A stretch of DNA of 64,000 nt, from NCBI GenBank assembly GCA_951406725.2, contig OX597814.1, positions 204,290,001 through 204,354,000 of the forward strand, written 5' to 3'. Shown here piece by piece: positions 1 to 15,070 of this stretch (positions are counted from its first letter, which is position 1; each line of letters starts with the position of its first letter). Below the pieces are notes generated by a model. The model was not told the origin of the DNA, did not search any database, and saw only the letters and a program-made list of their open reading frames with translations. This DNA is from Octopus vulgaris. Its lineage: Eukaryota. The position numbers were made by a program, and so were the translations under genes.

Positions 1-1818
1 GCCATGACTACAATTCACAGGTGCCATTTACATGGCACCGGCAATGAGCATGATGCATGGGTGCCATTTACATGACACTGGCATGGTTACAACTATGATA
101 TCATTTGGCCTGATGATTCTTCTCCCACACAGCATATCACCAGAGTTCTCAGTCATTTGTCATCACCTCCATAAGGCCCAAAGTTTGAAGATCATGCTGC
201 ACCACCTCATTCCATGTCTTCCTAGGTCTAACTCTACCACAGGTTCCGTCCACAGTTAGAGATTGGCACTTCTTTACACAGCTGTCTTCATCCATATGCG
301 TCACATGACCATACCAATGCAGTTGTATCTCCACCACATCTGATGCCTTGGATACCCAACTTTCCTCTCAAGATGCTTACATTCTGTCATATATGCAGAC
401 TGACATTGCACATCCAGCAAAGCATACTAGCTTCATTTCTTTCAACCCAACACATATCCTTGGGAATCACAGCCCATGTTTCACTGCTATGTAGCATAGC
501 TGTTCACACATAGGCATCACACAGTCTGCCTTTCACTCTGAGGAGAGCCCTTTGTTGCCAACAGAGGTAGGAGCATTCTGAACTTTACCCATCCTATTCT
601 TATTCTTGCAGCTACACTCTCAGAGCAACCACCTCCACTACTAACTTGGTCACCTAGATAGCAGAAGCTATCAACTATCTCTAGCTTACCTGCCTGGCAT
701 TTGATGTAGTCTATTTTCTGTACGTTTGTGGTGTTTATCGTACCTGTGCACCTTCCATACATAAGAATTATTTTCTTTGTTAACCTTCCTCTGATATTGC
801 TGCACCTTAAGTGTCCATAGCTTACACTGGGTACATTTTATGGAGTTTCTACCTATGCCTTTTCTACAGATCGTACAGGGCCATCTACCTGAGAGGATTT
901 GTAATTTGTCTGCTTTCCTACTTGCTCAGACTTTGGTTTTTGCTAGATCAACTTTAAAGCCCTTTGCTTCTCAGCCCTCCTTCCATACCTGAAATTCCTT
1001 CTCTAGTTCTGGAAGTGATATGATAACAAGGTCATCAGCATAGAGAAACTCCCAGGGGAAGCCTATCTTAAATTCCTTTGTTATTGCCTGGAGGACTATG
1101 ATGAACAGGAGGGGTCTGAGGACTGGTCCTTGGTGAACTCCTACTTGTACCCTGAATTTATTGCTATACTTGTTACCAACCTTCACCTTACTGATGCATC
1201 CCTGTACATGGCTTGTACCACTCTCACCAGCCACTTGTCTATCCCTAGTTTTCACATTGTCCACCAGATAAGGGATGAAGGGACCCAGTCAAAGGCTTTT
1301 TTCATGTCAATAAAAGCCAAGTACAAGAGTTTATCTTAGGCCAGGTACTTCTGCAGCTGCCTTACCAGGAATGTAGCATCAGTGGTGCTTCTCACTGGCA
1401 CAAAACTGAACTGCATCTCATCTAGACCAACTCTCATCCTAACTAGTTGGGCTATGACCCTCTCTATTACTTTCATCACCTGATCTAACAGTTTGATACC
1501 TCTGTAATTATTTCTGTCCAAGGCATCACCTTCACCTTTGTAGCAGTTGGTAATGATGTTGCTATACTAGACATTCGGTATGACTCTCCTTCTCCCATGT
1601 ATTCTCTACATTTAGTAAACTTTCCACATTGACACTTCCAAGCCTCTTTCTTTGCAGAGTCACTAAGTGCAAGTGAACCATCATCCATGCAAACACTTTT
1701 CTGTCCAACATAACAATTTTCCTTGGCACACTATCTGGCAAGCCAAAACACTTCCAGCCTCTGGTCCTCACACTGTATGACATTGGCAAACTTCTCCATT
1801 TCTGCTTCACTCCTAACT

Positions 1819-1820
<2 letters not shown>
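1..1820 (-). mobile_element. Decayed RTE-clade LINE (RT region and 3' end), 5'-truncated at a (TG)n tract
   Basis: Minus-strand ORF fragments NYRGIKLLDQVMKV, GVHQGPVLRPLLFIIVL..LYADDL, FCYLGDQVSSGGGC and WYGHVTHMDEDSCVKKC are colinear with the 835-aa ORF at 36159-38666, with many stops and frameshifts. Confidence 0.93.

Positions 1821-1883
<63 letters not shown>
1821..1883. repeat. (GT)n microsatellite
   Basis: Direct reading. Confidence 0.98.
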
Positions 1884-1884
<1 letters not shown>

Positions 1885-2744
1885 ACATGCATGTGTGTGT
1901 GTCATCATACATATGTCATCACACACACACTAGAAAAACAAGTTAAGTCAAGACTTACAGATTACAATTCTTGTTCAAGAAAATTCAATTTATTTTAATT
2001 CAACTACCTTATAATAGACCTATTTTCTATTTTAATTTCTTTAGATTCTGAGATGAAAGAATACAGGAAACATCTAGATTGAGATATTGAAAATGAAATG
2101 TTGCTGCAATAATCAAGTGCAGGGCAGCAAATTTGTAAATTATACCAGCTGCTAACTTCCTACTAAATGCACATGACTGACCTGTTGCTGTTCCTCTGAT
2201 AAGAAAAACATATGTTGTAAAGCATTATTTCCAACTAGATCACTGCAGTCAGTACCCAGGATGTCATAAGATTATCAAAGTTATAACACAAACTGATAAC
2301 AGACTTGGACTATTGATAAAATGAAGATAATCTTATAAAAAAGTTTTGAAAAAAACAACAATTAACTAAGAGTAACACAGACTATTATATCAGGGTGCTA
2401 TCTGTTAGGAAAGAAAAGTTGAAAAAAGAATAGTTAAAGCCATAGTTGGAAGAGAATAATACTACTTCTGTTTTATTGAAAGATGTTTAAGTTCATAAGC
2501 AATACTTCTGTTTTACTAAAAGGTTTTTAAGTTCATAAGCAACAAAATCCAGTCAGAGAAACCTTACCAAAACAAATATTAGAGCACAACACAATCTCCT
2601 GATTCATCAAATCCTGTTGAACCAACTAACCTATGCCAGCATGGATGACAGCTGTTAGATGATGATGACAATATATAATGATACTGTAGACACAGTATGG
2701 CCAAATAGTTAAGAATTTTGTTTTTGCAACATAGCTGTGTGAAG

Positions 2745-3438
2745 TATGCGCATGGATGAGGACAGTTGTGTGAAGAAGTGTCACATATCTGCAGTGAAGG
2801 GAACCCGTGGAAGAGGTAGACCCACGAAGACATGGGATGAGGTGCTGAAGCATGACCTTTGAACATTGGGCCTCACAGAGGCAATGACAAGTGACCAAGC
2901 CCTTTGGAGATATGCTGTGCTTGAGAAGACCCAGCAAGCCAAGTGAGATCATAGCTGTGGCTGATGCCTGTGTTGTATAACTGGCCCGTTTAAAAGTACC
3001 CTTCAATCGTTAGGCAATATGCTGTGCATGAGAAGACCTGTTGAGCCAAGTAAAATCGTAATCATGGCTGATGCCAATGTTGCCTGACCAGCACCTGTGC
3101 CGGTGGCATGTAAAAATCATCATTCAAGCGTGATCAATGCTAGTGCCACCTGACTGGCTCCCATGCCAGTGGCACATAAAAAGCACTATTTGAGCATGGT
3201 CAATGCCAGTGCTGCATGACTGGCCCCCATGCTGGTGGCACATAAAAAGCACCCACTACACTCTCGGAGTGGTTGGTGTTAGGAAGGGCATCCAGCTGTA
3301 GAAACCTTGCCAGATCAGACTGGAGCCTGGTTCAGCCTTCTGGCTTGCCAGACCTCAGTCAAACCGTCCAACCCATGCCAGCATGGGAATCAGACATTAA
3401 ACAATGATGATTATGATGATGATAATGATGATGATGAA
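2745..3438 (+). mobile_element. 3' fragment of the same RTE LINE (ORF end, 3'UTR repeat array, (GAT)n tail)
   Basis: ATGGATGAGGACAGTTGTGTGAAGAAG ORF end, repeated GCCAGTGGCACATAAAAAGCAC units, terminal CCATGCCAGCATGG hairpin and GAT tail. Confidence 0.9.
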
Positions 3439-5090
3439 GGTCCCAGATTCAATCCAACTGCATGGCATCTAAGGCAAATGTCATTTTCTATAATTTTGGG
3501 TTGATCCAAATACTGCAAGTGAAACTGGATGAACAGAAACTGTAGAAATCCATCAGATGGACTGTACCTTTAATTCAAAGGTGCAGCCTTCTCACACACT
3601 GTGTCATGTCAATTTTGTCTAAGAGTTACAGTAAAAAACCAATAAATTTGATAAAGGTTAAATTATAATCATAGTATCATCAGCAGCAGCAGCAGCATTT
3701 AAGATCCACTTTTCATGCTGGCATTGGTTGAACAGCTTGACAGGAACTAGAAGGGCCAGAGATCACACCAGGTCCCATTGTTTGTTGTTTTGGCTTGGTT
3801 TCTACAGCTGTATGCCCTTCCAAATACCAGCCACTCTACAGAGCGTACTGGGTACTCTTTACATAGCACCAGTACACACACCAATGTTTTTTACGTGGCA
3901 CCATGGTTTTAGGATCTCAATTTTGCTATGGTGGATATGTTGGCAAAAGTATACTTCCAAAGTTACCTGCCACATGAGCAACACTCTAGTCATCCATGTA
4001 ATGATGCCAATGCATGTATATCTACATATACACAACCAAAACTATTAAGGTCTTAAAAAGGCTAATTTTTAATATATCTTAATAATGAGGTTGCTTTTGT
4101 TGTTCATTTTGAACTCCGTCTTTGCTCAAAATTATAGCAGCTGATATTGGCTGTTCAAGTGCATGTTACTAAATGGAAAAACAGTTAGTATGAATCACTA
4201 TAAGACATTTTTGTGGTGGGAGCAGGTAGTATGATACAAAAACGTGTGTTTATATACAAAGAAAGTTTTGATTTTTGCTTTTGCACTGAAAGAAGTAACA
4301 TATAATATTTGTATGTATGCATGTGTGTAATGAGAACAGTCATTTTGACAATGTGTGTGATAAAATATCTTCATTTATGAACCATATATCTTGTGTCAAG
4401 GTGAATAGACATGTGAGTCACATGTGGGAGATTGTGGGTAGAGCTACAGAGAAGACATGTGTCTTTGACCGAAAGCTGGCAGGAACTGAGAACTTCTACT
4501 GTGTAGCTCAGAACAAGGCTAGTGTCTCAGAACAAAGCTACTGTATCAAAGTGAAGCTAGTGTATTAAAGTGAGGCTAGATACCTCATCAATGTATACAT
4601 CTGCTGTGCAGGTCAACACATATTACTATGTAATGTGTAACTCTGCTACAAAATCCACAGCTCACTCTCTACAGCTTTCATTCACAGTGGTTAACTCATC
4701 ATACAATGAAGTGTGGGAGCAATAATAGACACTGCTTGTAGTTTACATATATGACAATACCTGACCCAATTTCTTACACACATGTGATGTTTAATTCACA
4801 GCCCCAAATTACACATCACTGCTTATATGGTCTTTTGACTCCCACATATGCACACCCATTCAGACCTAACATGCTGAACCTAACAAACATGTTTCCCTCT
4901 CACTAGCTTCTCTTAACACTCTTGAAAAGGACTATTTCACCTGAAATATGAAAACTAATTAGAAGATTCAAAACTAATGTTTCAATATCTTTATTATTAC
5001 TATTATTGATATTTAATGTTCCAACTGCACTGCTATTGCCATAGCCTTCTATACACACTATTTTCTATATATACCACAATACTTCAGACT

Positions 5091-5141
<51 letters not shown>

Positions 5142-5146
<5 letters not shown>

Positions 5147-5635
5147 TCTAGTTGTGTGAGTGTCTGTCCCCTTCGATTTAGATTCGTAACTCCTCCCACA
5201 TTTTGCGGTGCAGTTTAACCAAATTCGGGTATCTTATAGTCGTGATTCATATTGAGCCTGTCTGACTATTAGCGCGCGTCAACGATGAGTCTACGATTTT
5301 AAAAATAATTTAACATCATTTTTTATTCCATTTTAATGCATAAAATGCATCGTATGTCGATGGCGGCGGAGTTGGCGTCCACGCTCACAGCTGCACCTGT
5401 TTGCTTCTCCCCCTTCCCTCCCTCGTGAAGCTGTGGGGAAGGGAGTGTAAAGAAATCAACATCGTAATGCGTTGTGAAGGAAACCAGCGTTCTTTTAGAA
5501 CAACGACTTCATGGCTTGAAGACACCAAAACAAAAATGGCTAAGAAAGCCCGAATTTATAAGGGAAGTAACTCTCTAAAAATGCTTATATAGTTATTTCC
5601 CTTACAAACCCGAGCAACGCCGGGCGATACTGCTA

Positions 5636-5636
<1 letters not shown>
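5142..5636 (+). mobile_element. Non-autonomous Helitron-like element inserted in a (TA)n tract
   Basis: CpG-rich 0.5-kb unit between two (TA)n runs. The 3' end has a GC hairpin CCCGAGCAACGCCGGG (5609-5624) followed by CTAG|T (5633-5637). No TIR or TSD. A second copy of the 3' end lies at 63917-64000. Confidence 0.82.
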
Positions 5637-5678
<42 letters not shown>

Positions 5679-6657
5679 ATTGTATTGTTCATTGGAAATC
5701 TTAAAATTTAACTTTTACTTCAAAGGAAAAATGCAGAAAAACTACATTTTTTTTCCCCTGATTCAGCAACAACATTTCTACAAGCACGAATTCCTTATAA
5801 AAGTGACTTTTTTAAGCTCTTTTAAAGCATACTTCTTCAAGTATAGATCTTTTCAGGTATGGTTCTTAACTAAACAATTACAGTAACATCAAAATATTTC
5901 ATTTTACTAAACAAGAATGTTATATATATTTTTTCTGAAATAAGTCAAGACATTTTATTTTGTTTTTGTTTTTTTCTATTTTTGCAAGGTTTTATTTGTT
6001 TGTTTTATTTCTCTCTTTTTTTCTAATTCCTTTTAGTGTGTGGGCAAAAGTTTAAAACAGTTTCCTGAACCAAATAAAAGCTATATTATTTATTGCTGGG
6101 TGTTTTTTCTTTATTGATGAATAGCCTTTACTCAGAAGTTGTGAATTCAAAACAGCATCATCATCATCAGTATTAACATCATCATTTAAAATTCCTGTTA
6201 CATGCTGGCATGGGTTGGACAGTTCAACAGGATCCTATGAGTCAAAGGATCACATCATGTTCCAATTTTTGCTTAGTCATGGTTTCTATAGCATAAAGTA
6301 TGAGGTGGTATTTTTCACACCTCCAATACAAGTGAGTTTCCCTAGCAACCTGCAATATTAAGGGCTCAAACAGACCCTTATAACTGAAGGAGAATGGTAG
6401 AGAGACTGCAATGACTTTAGGTGTGGTGATGAGAGAGAGAGAGTTAATAATGAAGAAAGGAACAGATTGATAGTTGTGTGAGGGTAGTAGTAGAGAGAAT
6501 AACAAAGTAGTTGTTGGTATTAGGAAGGGCATCCAGCCATAGAAACCATGCCAAAACAACAGAACCTGGTGTGACTCCTAACTTTGCCAGCTCCTGTCAA
6601 ACTGTCCACTACATGGAAAATGGATGTTAAATGATGATGGCAGTAGTGATGGTGATA

Positions 6658-6693
<36 letters not shown>

Positions 6694-8129
6694 CTTTAGA
6701 AGCTGACAGAATAAAATACCAGTCAAGTAACAGGGTCAATGTATTAATTAACCCCTACCTCCCTCAAAGTTGCAGAACTTGTGCTTAAATCAGAAATCAT
6801 CATTGTGTCCTTCATTAGAATGGAAGTATCTTAGTGTGTATGTGTTTTGAGGAGTATTTCACTGCCATATCTGTGTGTGTCAAGACACCAACATTGGTTT
6901 CTTGAAAATTTGTGATTGTAGAAAAGCTTGTTGTGAGTTTCAGAACTATTTTTCCCCGCCTAAACACCCTTCAATTCACTGCAACATTAGCGTTTGGAAG
7001 GTGGTGCAATATGCTTGTTTCTCTCCTTTCAAAAATCAATATTGCACGGAATTGTCACCTAGTAGAATTACAGTTCCTTAATAAAGCTACACAACAACAA
7101 CAATAACAAAGAAAAAATATGATAAATGAATGAGTCAAGCTGAATGGTTGTATGTGTGTTTGTGTGACTCTGTATGTGTGCGTGTACATTTATCTCTGTG
7201 TGTGTTTGTGTATTTGTATATGCGTGTGCATTTGTGGGACTGTATATGTGTATATTTGTGTGTGTGTTTGTATGTATGTGCATGTATATTTGTGTTTGTG
7301 TGTATGTGTGAACATGAGTGTTTGTGTATTTGAGTACATGTTAGTTTTTGAATGTGTACTTATATATTTGTGTGTGTGTGTGTGTGTTTACATTTATGTG
7401 CTTGTGAATGTGTGTGCATATTTGTACATGTATTAATAGGTGAGTGGGCGTTTATGTTTGTGTCTATGTATGTATGTATGAATGTATGTATCTACATATG
7501 TACATGATATATATATATATATATGTTAGTGTGGGAATGTAGTGTAAACATGGCTAAAGGTGTAACTGTTTTAATGTGTGTAAGGGTGTGTGTGTGTGTG
7601 AATGGACATGTGTATGAAGTTGTATATATGTGTCAGTTTGTGTATGCAGGTATGTGTGTATGCGTGTAAGTGCAATGCTAAAAGTGTTAATATTTTAATA
7701 TATCTAGCTGTATTAATATGTGCCTGCATGTATATATTAATGTGTGTTCATGTGTATATATTCATGCATGAGTATGCATGCATGTGTACAGGGTGAAAAG
7801 TGACATTGTCTTAAAGTGTGTGTGTCCATGTGTATTTATGTGTACCTCACTATAAAGTTGAATGTCTTAATATATGTAAATACATGTATGTAAGCTTGTG
7901 TGTATGTGTGTATGCATGTGTGCATCTATGTCCTAAAATTGTGAATGTCTTAATATATATATATATATATATATACACACTTTGAATGTAGCAATATATG
8001 TAGTTACATATGTATGTATGTGGCAGGGGGTACTTAGGCTAAAAATTGTGAATTGTGTCTTTATATGTATGTATGTACATACATACATAGATGTGTGTAT
8101 GTGTATGATCTGGTCAGGAGTGGGTGCAT

Positions 8130-8660
8130 GTGCTGTTGCAGTGCATTGCTGCAGTCACCATTTCTCTCTATATTTCTGGGTCCTCTTGGCTGACCCATCA
8201 AGCAGAGACCCAGTCAGTCTCTATCTCTACAAGATACTTCCTCATCTGCCATGACCATGTTGCATGTGGTCAACCAACATGAGCTACCAACCCAGCCAGA
8301 AGAGAACAATGAAGAAAACATGGCAAGCAGGATTTAACTCAAAAAATCGAGCAGCATGGCTAAACAGCCTAAACTGGTATTTCTGAATCATACAAGTAAC
8401 AGGACGCATCCCAGTTTCTGAGTAGAGTCGTTGGTTGGATTCAAAATCTGGCCAATGGTAACCTTTAATCTTGTGAAGTGACCTGGTACCAAAGGAGTTC
8501 ACACAGCTCCTAAGGGCCCCAGACAGTGTCCAACCCTCACAACTATAGAGCAGGACAGGGAGAACCAGAGACTTAAAAGACCCGAAATTTTGCCCTCCTG
8601 CTCATCAGCAGTGCCAAACATCCTCGCCCAATGGGTCTACAACTGCACCAGGTCATCCAA
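8130..8660 (-). mobile_element. Decayed 3' fragment of a different RTE-like LINE family
   Basis: ORF 8284-8502 SFGTRSLHKIKGYHWPDFESNQRLYSETGMRPVTCMIQKYQFRLFSHAARF resembles the RTE C-terminal region (W.D.VSN..L..ET...QLR.FGH..R). Confidence 0.7.
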
Positions 8661-9542
8661 GTCTTTTTTATTCTATGTGTACGTATTCCTAAGATTGTGT
8701 ATGCCATAACATGTATGTACAGTAATCCCTCAACTATTGTGGGTGTTACATTCCAAAACACCTACAATGTGAAAATCTGTGAAGTAGAAACAATACTGTA
8801 CTGTATATCTTTATAATTTGTCATCATCATCATCATCATGTTGGCATGGGTTGAACGATTTGACTGAGGTCTGGATAGCCAGCAGCTACACCAGGCTCTA
8901 ATCTGATCTGGCAATGTTTCTACAGCTGGATGCCCTTTCTAACACTGCACACTCCGAGAGTGTAGTGGGTGCTTTTTATGTGTCACCAACACAGGAGCCA
9001 GTCAGAAGGCATTGGCATCGATCACATATATTTATTTTATTATAAATGCAAAACAACACCATGGAGGAGTCGATGTAAGCTTAAATAATAAACCGCAACA
9101 GGTGAACCATGATAAGTGATTCAGGATATGGTGAGGAATTACTGTACTTACAATATGAGTGAGTGTTTCTGTATGTCTAAGTATATATGTCTGTGCATGT
9201 GTATGTAAATGCATGTAAGTGTGGCTGGCTAAAAAATTACTAATGTTTTTATATATTTGTACATATGTGTATGATGTGTGTATGTAGGTATGTATGTATT
9301 TATGCGCTAAAAGTGTGAATATTTTGATACATTTTTATGTACACATATGGAGGTGTGTATATCATGAAAGTTTGAATGTCTTTATATGTATACATATGTA
9401 CATATAGGAATGTGTGTATGTGCATATTTATGTCCCCAAAACAGAGTCATTTGATATCTTCTTCTAGCATGTGGCACTACCATGTAGTTTGCTCTTATAT
9501 CATTTTTGCTCTTATTATAATACACACACACACACACAAACA

Positions 9543-10847
9543 CAGGGTTCGGTGAATAAACTGTCATCTAAATTGCACAAAAATGAAAATAACACTGACA
9601 TTTCATTTAACAGATATATTTACCAAAATTACATAAAAAATATCTTGAAACACTAAAGATTAAATTTAGTCAGTAAAATCACATTTGGCTTCAACCATGG
9701 ACTCCTGACGACTGCAGAATATCCTGCAATTCTTCTGGATGGTCTCCTTGTTTAAGTTGGTGAATGCTGCCATAATCCTTGCCTTCAGTTGATTTTTGGT
9801 GTTACAAGGAGTTTTGTTGGTCTCTCACTCAACTGCATCCCATACATAATAATCAAGGGGGTTGCAATCTGGGGAGTTAGGTGGCTAGATGTTAGGAGTG
9901 GTGTGGTCGCAGAAATTGTCTGACAGCCATGACTAGGTTCACCTGCTTGTGTGGTATGGTGCAGAGTCCTGTTGTCAAACATAGGGTCTTCCAGCAGCCA
10001 CCCTCTTGACCCAGGGCAGCACTACCTCCTTCAGGTACTTGATGTAGGCCTCCGTGTTGAGTCTGAGTTTGTGTGGGAAGATGAATGGAGTCATAACATT
10101 GCCACCACTAGTAATCACTCCAAATACCATGATGTTGACTGGATGTTTGATTTTTATCACTCTTGGTACATGTTTTGGGGGACATGGTAAGCCAATGGTT
10201 GTTCTGTGTGTTCACCATCTGATCCTGACAGAAATTTTTCTCATCTGAGAAAAACCAAAGCATGCTCGGTTGGATGGGGATGCTTGAGTTTGTTCAAAAG
10301 CTTCATTGCGAGTCTTTTCTCTTGTCCTTGAAGGTATGGGATCAAAATTGACCCTTTCTCATCTTGTATGAGGAATGCTAAATATCTTCATACACTACTT
10401 GCCTGATAAGAAAATCAGACAGTCCCACACCCTTGGCAATGGACCTGATTGACATGGAGGGATCATTGTCAATCATGGTCTGGATCTCACTAACAAATTC
10501 AGGAGTTCTTTTCTTGTCAGAACTATTAGTGTGAGTTTTTTGAGCTGCTGTACCTTCATGATCACCATTAGAATCATCCAACTCTTTCCGAATCCTCTAC
10601 ACTTTCTCAGATTAACACCCAAACACTCTGAAATGTTTGTATTGGAGCTTTTGGCATGAATGCCAAGCAGTACAGCATGTCATTTCCAAGTTACTGGCAG
10701 AGTAAATTGCATCATGATGCTGTTTTTGACACAGATGGTGCCCAACTGATCCTACTATACTGTGTAGTCGACAAAATAAAAAACATACAATGCGCATGCG
10801 CGAAATTAAAAATATAAAACTGTGACAATTTACCCAATGCATTTTTG
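9543..10847 (-). mobile_element. Decayed Tc1/mariner-superfamily transposon, DD37D (maT) type, about 1.3 kb
   Basis: Minus-strand translation KHPVNIMVFGVITS...QQDSAPYHTSR*T*SWLSDNFCDHTTPNI*PPNSPDCNPLDYYVW has 37 residues between the 2nd and 3rd catalytic D. Degenerate TIRs CAGGGTTCGGTGAATAAACTGTCA / TGACAATTTACCCAATGCA. Confidence 0.85.
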
Positions 10848-11379
10848 CATTTCATGTATTAATATAATAAAACTTTATATATTGATCTGCCTAACTTGCT
10901 TATCCCTACATTTATTTGTATACCTGCTCAAGTTTAATTCTCTTGAGCACTACTAAGTGCAGTACTATATGCACTATATGGAGAATATTTTATTCTCATC
11001 TATGAACTATATATATATATATATTTATATATGTATGTATATGTTTTCATCCAAAATGGAAACTAACGCCATTCCTCCATGTGACCAGCTTGTAAAATTA
11101 AGTTAAGTCATTTTTCTTAACATGAAACCAATAGTAGCTTTGATGCACAAGTAAAGAAATTTTATCCACTAATGTAGTCATCAGTATCTAATGTAGTCAC
11201 TAATCAGTATCATCTTCATCATCATCATCAGTTAATGTCTGCTTTCCATGCTGGCATGAGTTGGATGGTTTGACTGAAAACTAATAAACCGGGGGCTGCA
11301 CCAGGTTCCGATCTGATTTGGAAAGGTTTCTACAGTTAGATGCCCTTCCTAACACCAACCACTCCAAGAATGTAGAGGG

Positions 11380-11416
<37 letters not shown>

Positions 11417-11781
11417 ACCCGTGATATGACAGGTAACATATATATATGTTACCTGTGATATGACAGGTAACTTTGAAAGTATGCTTTTACCACCATGGGT
11501 AATATCCAGCTACATAAAATAATTTTAATTTAACTTCTATCAAACTTCTTGGTGCTAAGACAAAATGATGAAATGAATACTAATTTTCTAAAGAAAAATA
11601 CTTATACCTTAAAATAAAATTAAAAAACATAAATTTCTCTTTTGTATATTTGCAATAAATGTTATTATTTCAATAAATTCTATCAACATAATCACAACCT
11701 ATTCCATTGAAAATCTATCTCTGCAAAATTTCATTACAAAAATATGTACTTTTCAGAAAGTTTCCATCCACTTCTAACATA

Positions 11782-11897
<116 letters not shown>

Positions 11898-12995
11898 ATC
11901 TCTCCCTCCCTCCCCCTTCTCTCTCTATACACACACACATATATATATATTTACTATCTCTCCCCCTTTCTCTATACAGTGTAAAACATAACTGGAGAAT
12001 TCAACCACTGAATATATATCAGCTAGTATCAAATAGACATATATATGTAAATGCTGTATGTACATGTATGAAAATGTTTAAGTATGTATACATATCCCAG
12101 AAATATGAGTGGATGTGCATGTCTGATGCTGTTGAAAGTTTGTAGTGTTAGGGAGAGAAAAAAGCAAAGGAAGAGTATATATAGATGTGTGCATGTGTGT
12201 GTGTGTGCATGCATACGTGTGTGTGTGTGTGTGTGTATGCACACACTCATGTATATGAAGATGACTGTAGGAAATTACAGAAAATGCATAATTCTGGAAA
12301 GTCAGATTGTAGTCTATGCAGGCAATAGTGGTTGGGTGCCCTACTCTTTGCTAAGGTTTTAGATCTGGGTTGTCAGCAGCCAGTGGCTTGAAGTTCCTCA
12401 AAGGTGAATGTCTGATGTACTAATATTTGCTATCAAACTGATGCAACCAGCCTTCATCAACACTCCAGCTGACATGCACCCCCACACACACATAGAAGAT
12501 ACACACACTTAGACACTTAGAAACACACATTAATGCATTCATACAGCATGCATACACACCATTACCAGCCGAAAGGAATTTAACCTTTTGTTTTATTCTG
12601 TGATATCAAAATGTCTGGAAGTCATTTAGAAACAAAGAATTTATCTGTGAATCTTGTAATATTGAATTAAAGAAACAACAAATACAATAACAAACAAAAA
12701 CAAGAGAAAAATCCACTGTGTTAGTTATGTTGTAGTTGCTCACAGTGTTGTTGCTACTGCTGTTACCGTTGTCGCAACTTAGGTCCAGGTCAGCCCTTTT
12801 TAAGTAGACATAAGCCTCTCCATGCTTCCTGAAATTCACCAACACTACACTTGATATCCCCCTCTCCATACGTATGCACACATGTATATCATGACTCATA
12901 CACTGTTCACTTTCCTGACTTTTGTACATAATTCTATGTACTGTATGTGCACCTTTGATGAGTTGTAGAGCACCTGAGCACTATACATAATAATT

Positions 12996-13058
<63 letters not shown>

Positions 13059-13299
13059 CAGCCATGACAACTCTGTTGGGGTTGAGTTCAGTCCCACTAA
13101 GTGGCCCTAGGCTGATCAAAGCAGATATGGTAAAGGAAAACATGTGTGTTTATGTGTGTGTGTGTGTGTGTCCTCCTCCTCCTCCTCCTCATCATCATCA
13201 TCATCATCACCATGCACGTGTGTGTGTCCTTCTCCTCCTCCTCCTCATTATCATCTTCATCATCTTCATCATCATCATCACCATGCATGTGTTTAATGA

Positions 13300-13331
<32 letters not shown>

Positions 13332-13603
13332 GTGTGTGTGTGTATTAGTGTCTCCTTGACATTACAGGATCGTTGGTAAATGAATGTCATATTCATCATA
13401 CAGGTGATATCATTAATTTCCCATCTTCCATGAAAGCATGTCCAGCCAGTGGAAAATATTACCTTACTTGAAAGCGGATGAGGGTTGGCAACAGGAAGGA
13501 CATCCAGCCATAGGGAATCTGTTTCAATAAATTTCCATTCAGCCTATGCAGGCATAGAAAAGTGGTGTCAGAACAATGATGATGATGATGGTATTAATAC
13601 AGC

Positions 13604-13760
13604 AAGCTTCCACACCATTTCCATCTACCAAATTCACTCATAAAGTTTTGGTCAAACTACGATTATTGTAGAAGACACTTATTTACCCAAGATACTTTGC
13701 AGTGGGACTGAACCTGAAACCACATGGTTGAAAAGCAAACTTCTTAACCACAGAGCCATA
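13604..13760 (-). mobile_element. tRNA-derived SINE, decayed (related copies at about 28600-28740 and split copy 54312-54404/56151-56203)
   Basis: Reverse complement reads TATGGCTCTGTGGTTAAGAAGTTTGC...GGTTCAGTCCCACTGC...CTTGGGTAA..AAGTGTCTTCTAC, i.e. A box, B box and a conserved SINE core. Confidence 0.7.
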
Positions 13761-14343
13761 CTATATTTATTCATTTATGTATTTATTTATTTATGTATTT
13801 AGTTATTTTCGTCTATTATCTATTCTTGAGCAAATTACCAATTACCATGATAAGATACAGCAGCTGATTATTACAATTTTTATTTTGGTTTGGAAATTCT
13901 TTTAGTCTCCGTCATCTTCTTAGCAGATTGTGTATGTGTTTTTTCAGAAGAGAGTGGGTGTATTGTAGGTGTATTGTATGTGTGTGTGCCCATATGTATG
14001 TGTGTATGTGTGTGTGCCCATATGTATGTGTGTATGTGTGTGTATATGCATGTATGGAAGTGGGCTTTATTCCTCCTTTAACATGCAACACAGCTCCTAA
14101 GGCAGAGCTGTTTCAAAGAACTCAACATGTAGAAGATCGCTTCAGAACAGAAAACTTGAACTTAAGTGGATCCTTTTATTAACATTTGCATTTACTGTTC
14201 AAAAAACAGAATCTGCAAAGAAGTTTTGTTTTTAATGCATCATTGCCAAAAGGATATTCTACTGTTTGGAATAATGGTGGCATAGTAATTATGTGATCTT
14301 AGAGAAATGGATATAGAGTAATTGCATGATATAGAAGGAGGAA

Positions 14344-14446
<103 letters not shown>

Positions 14447-14679
14447 TGCATGTCAGTATATACACATACATGTGTGTGTGTGTGTCAGTGTGTGTCTGTG
14501 ATCTGAGTAAATGTGCACATTTGTATGTGTATATACGTATAATGTCTCAATATTAATTAGATGTTGGAAATGGATATATAGTATAGTTATTAGCTGATAT
14601 TATGAATTGTTATAATAATTAGATGATGTTTTGAATGTACATATGTATATAACATGTATGTATGTATATGTGTGTGTGT

Positions 14680-15070
<391 letters not shown>

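Noticed and set aside
4317-4568. ORF with an Ig-like YCVAQN motif
   Set aside because: No convincing splice sites and too short for an Ig fold; likely chance or decayed repeat
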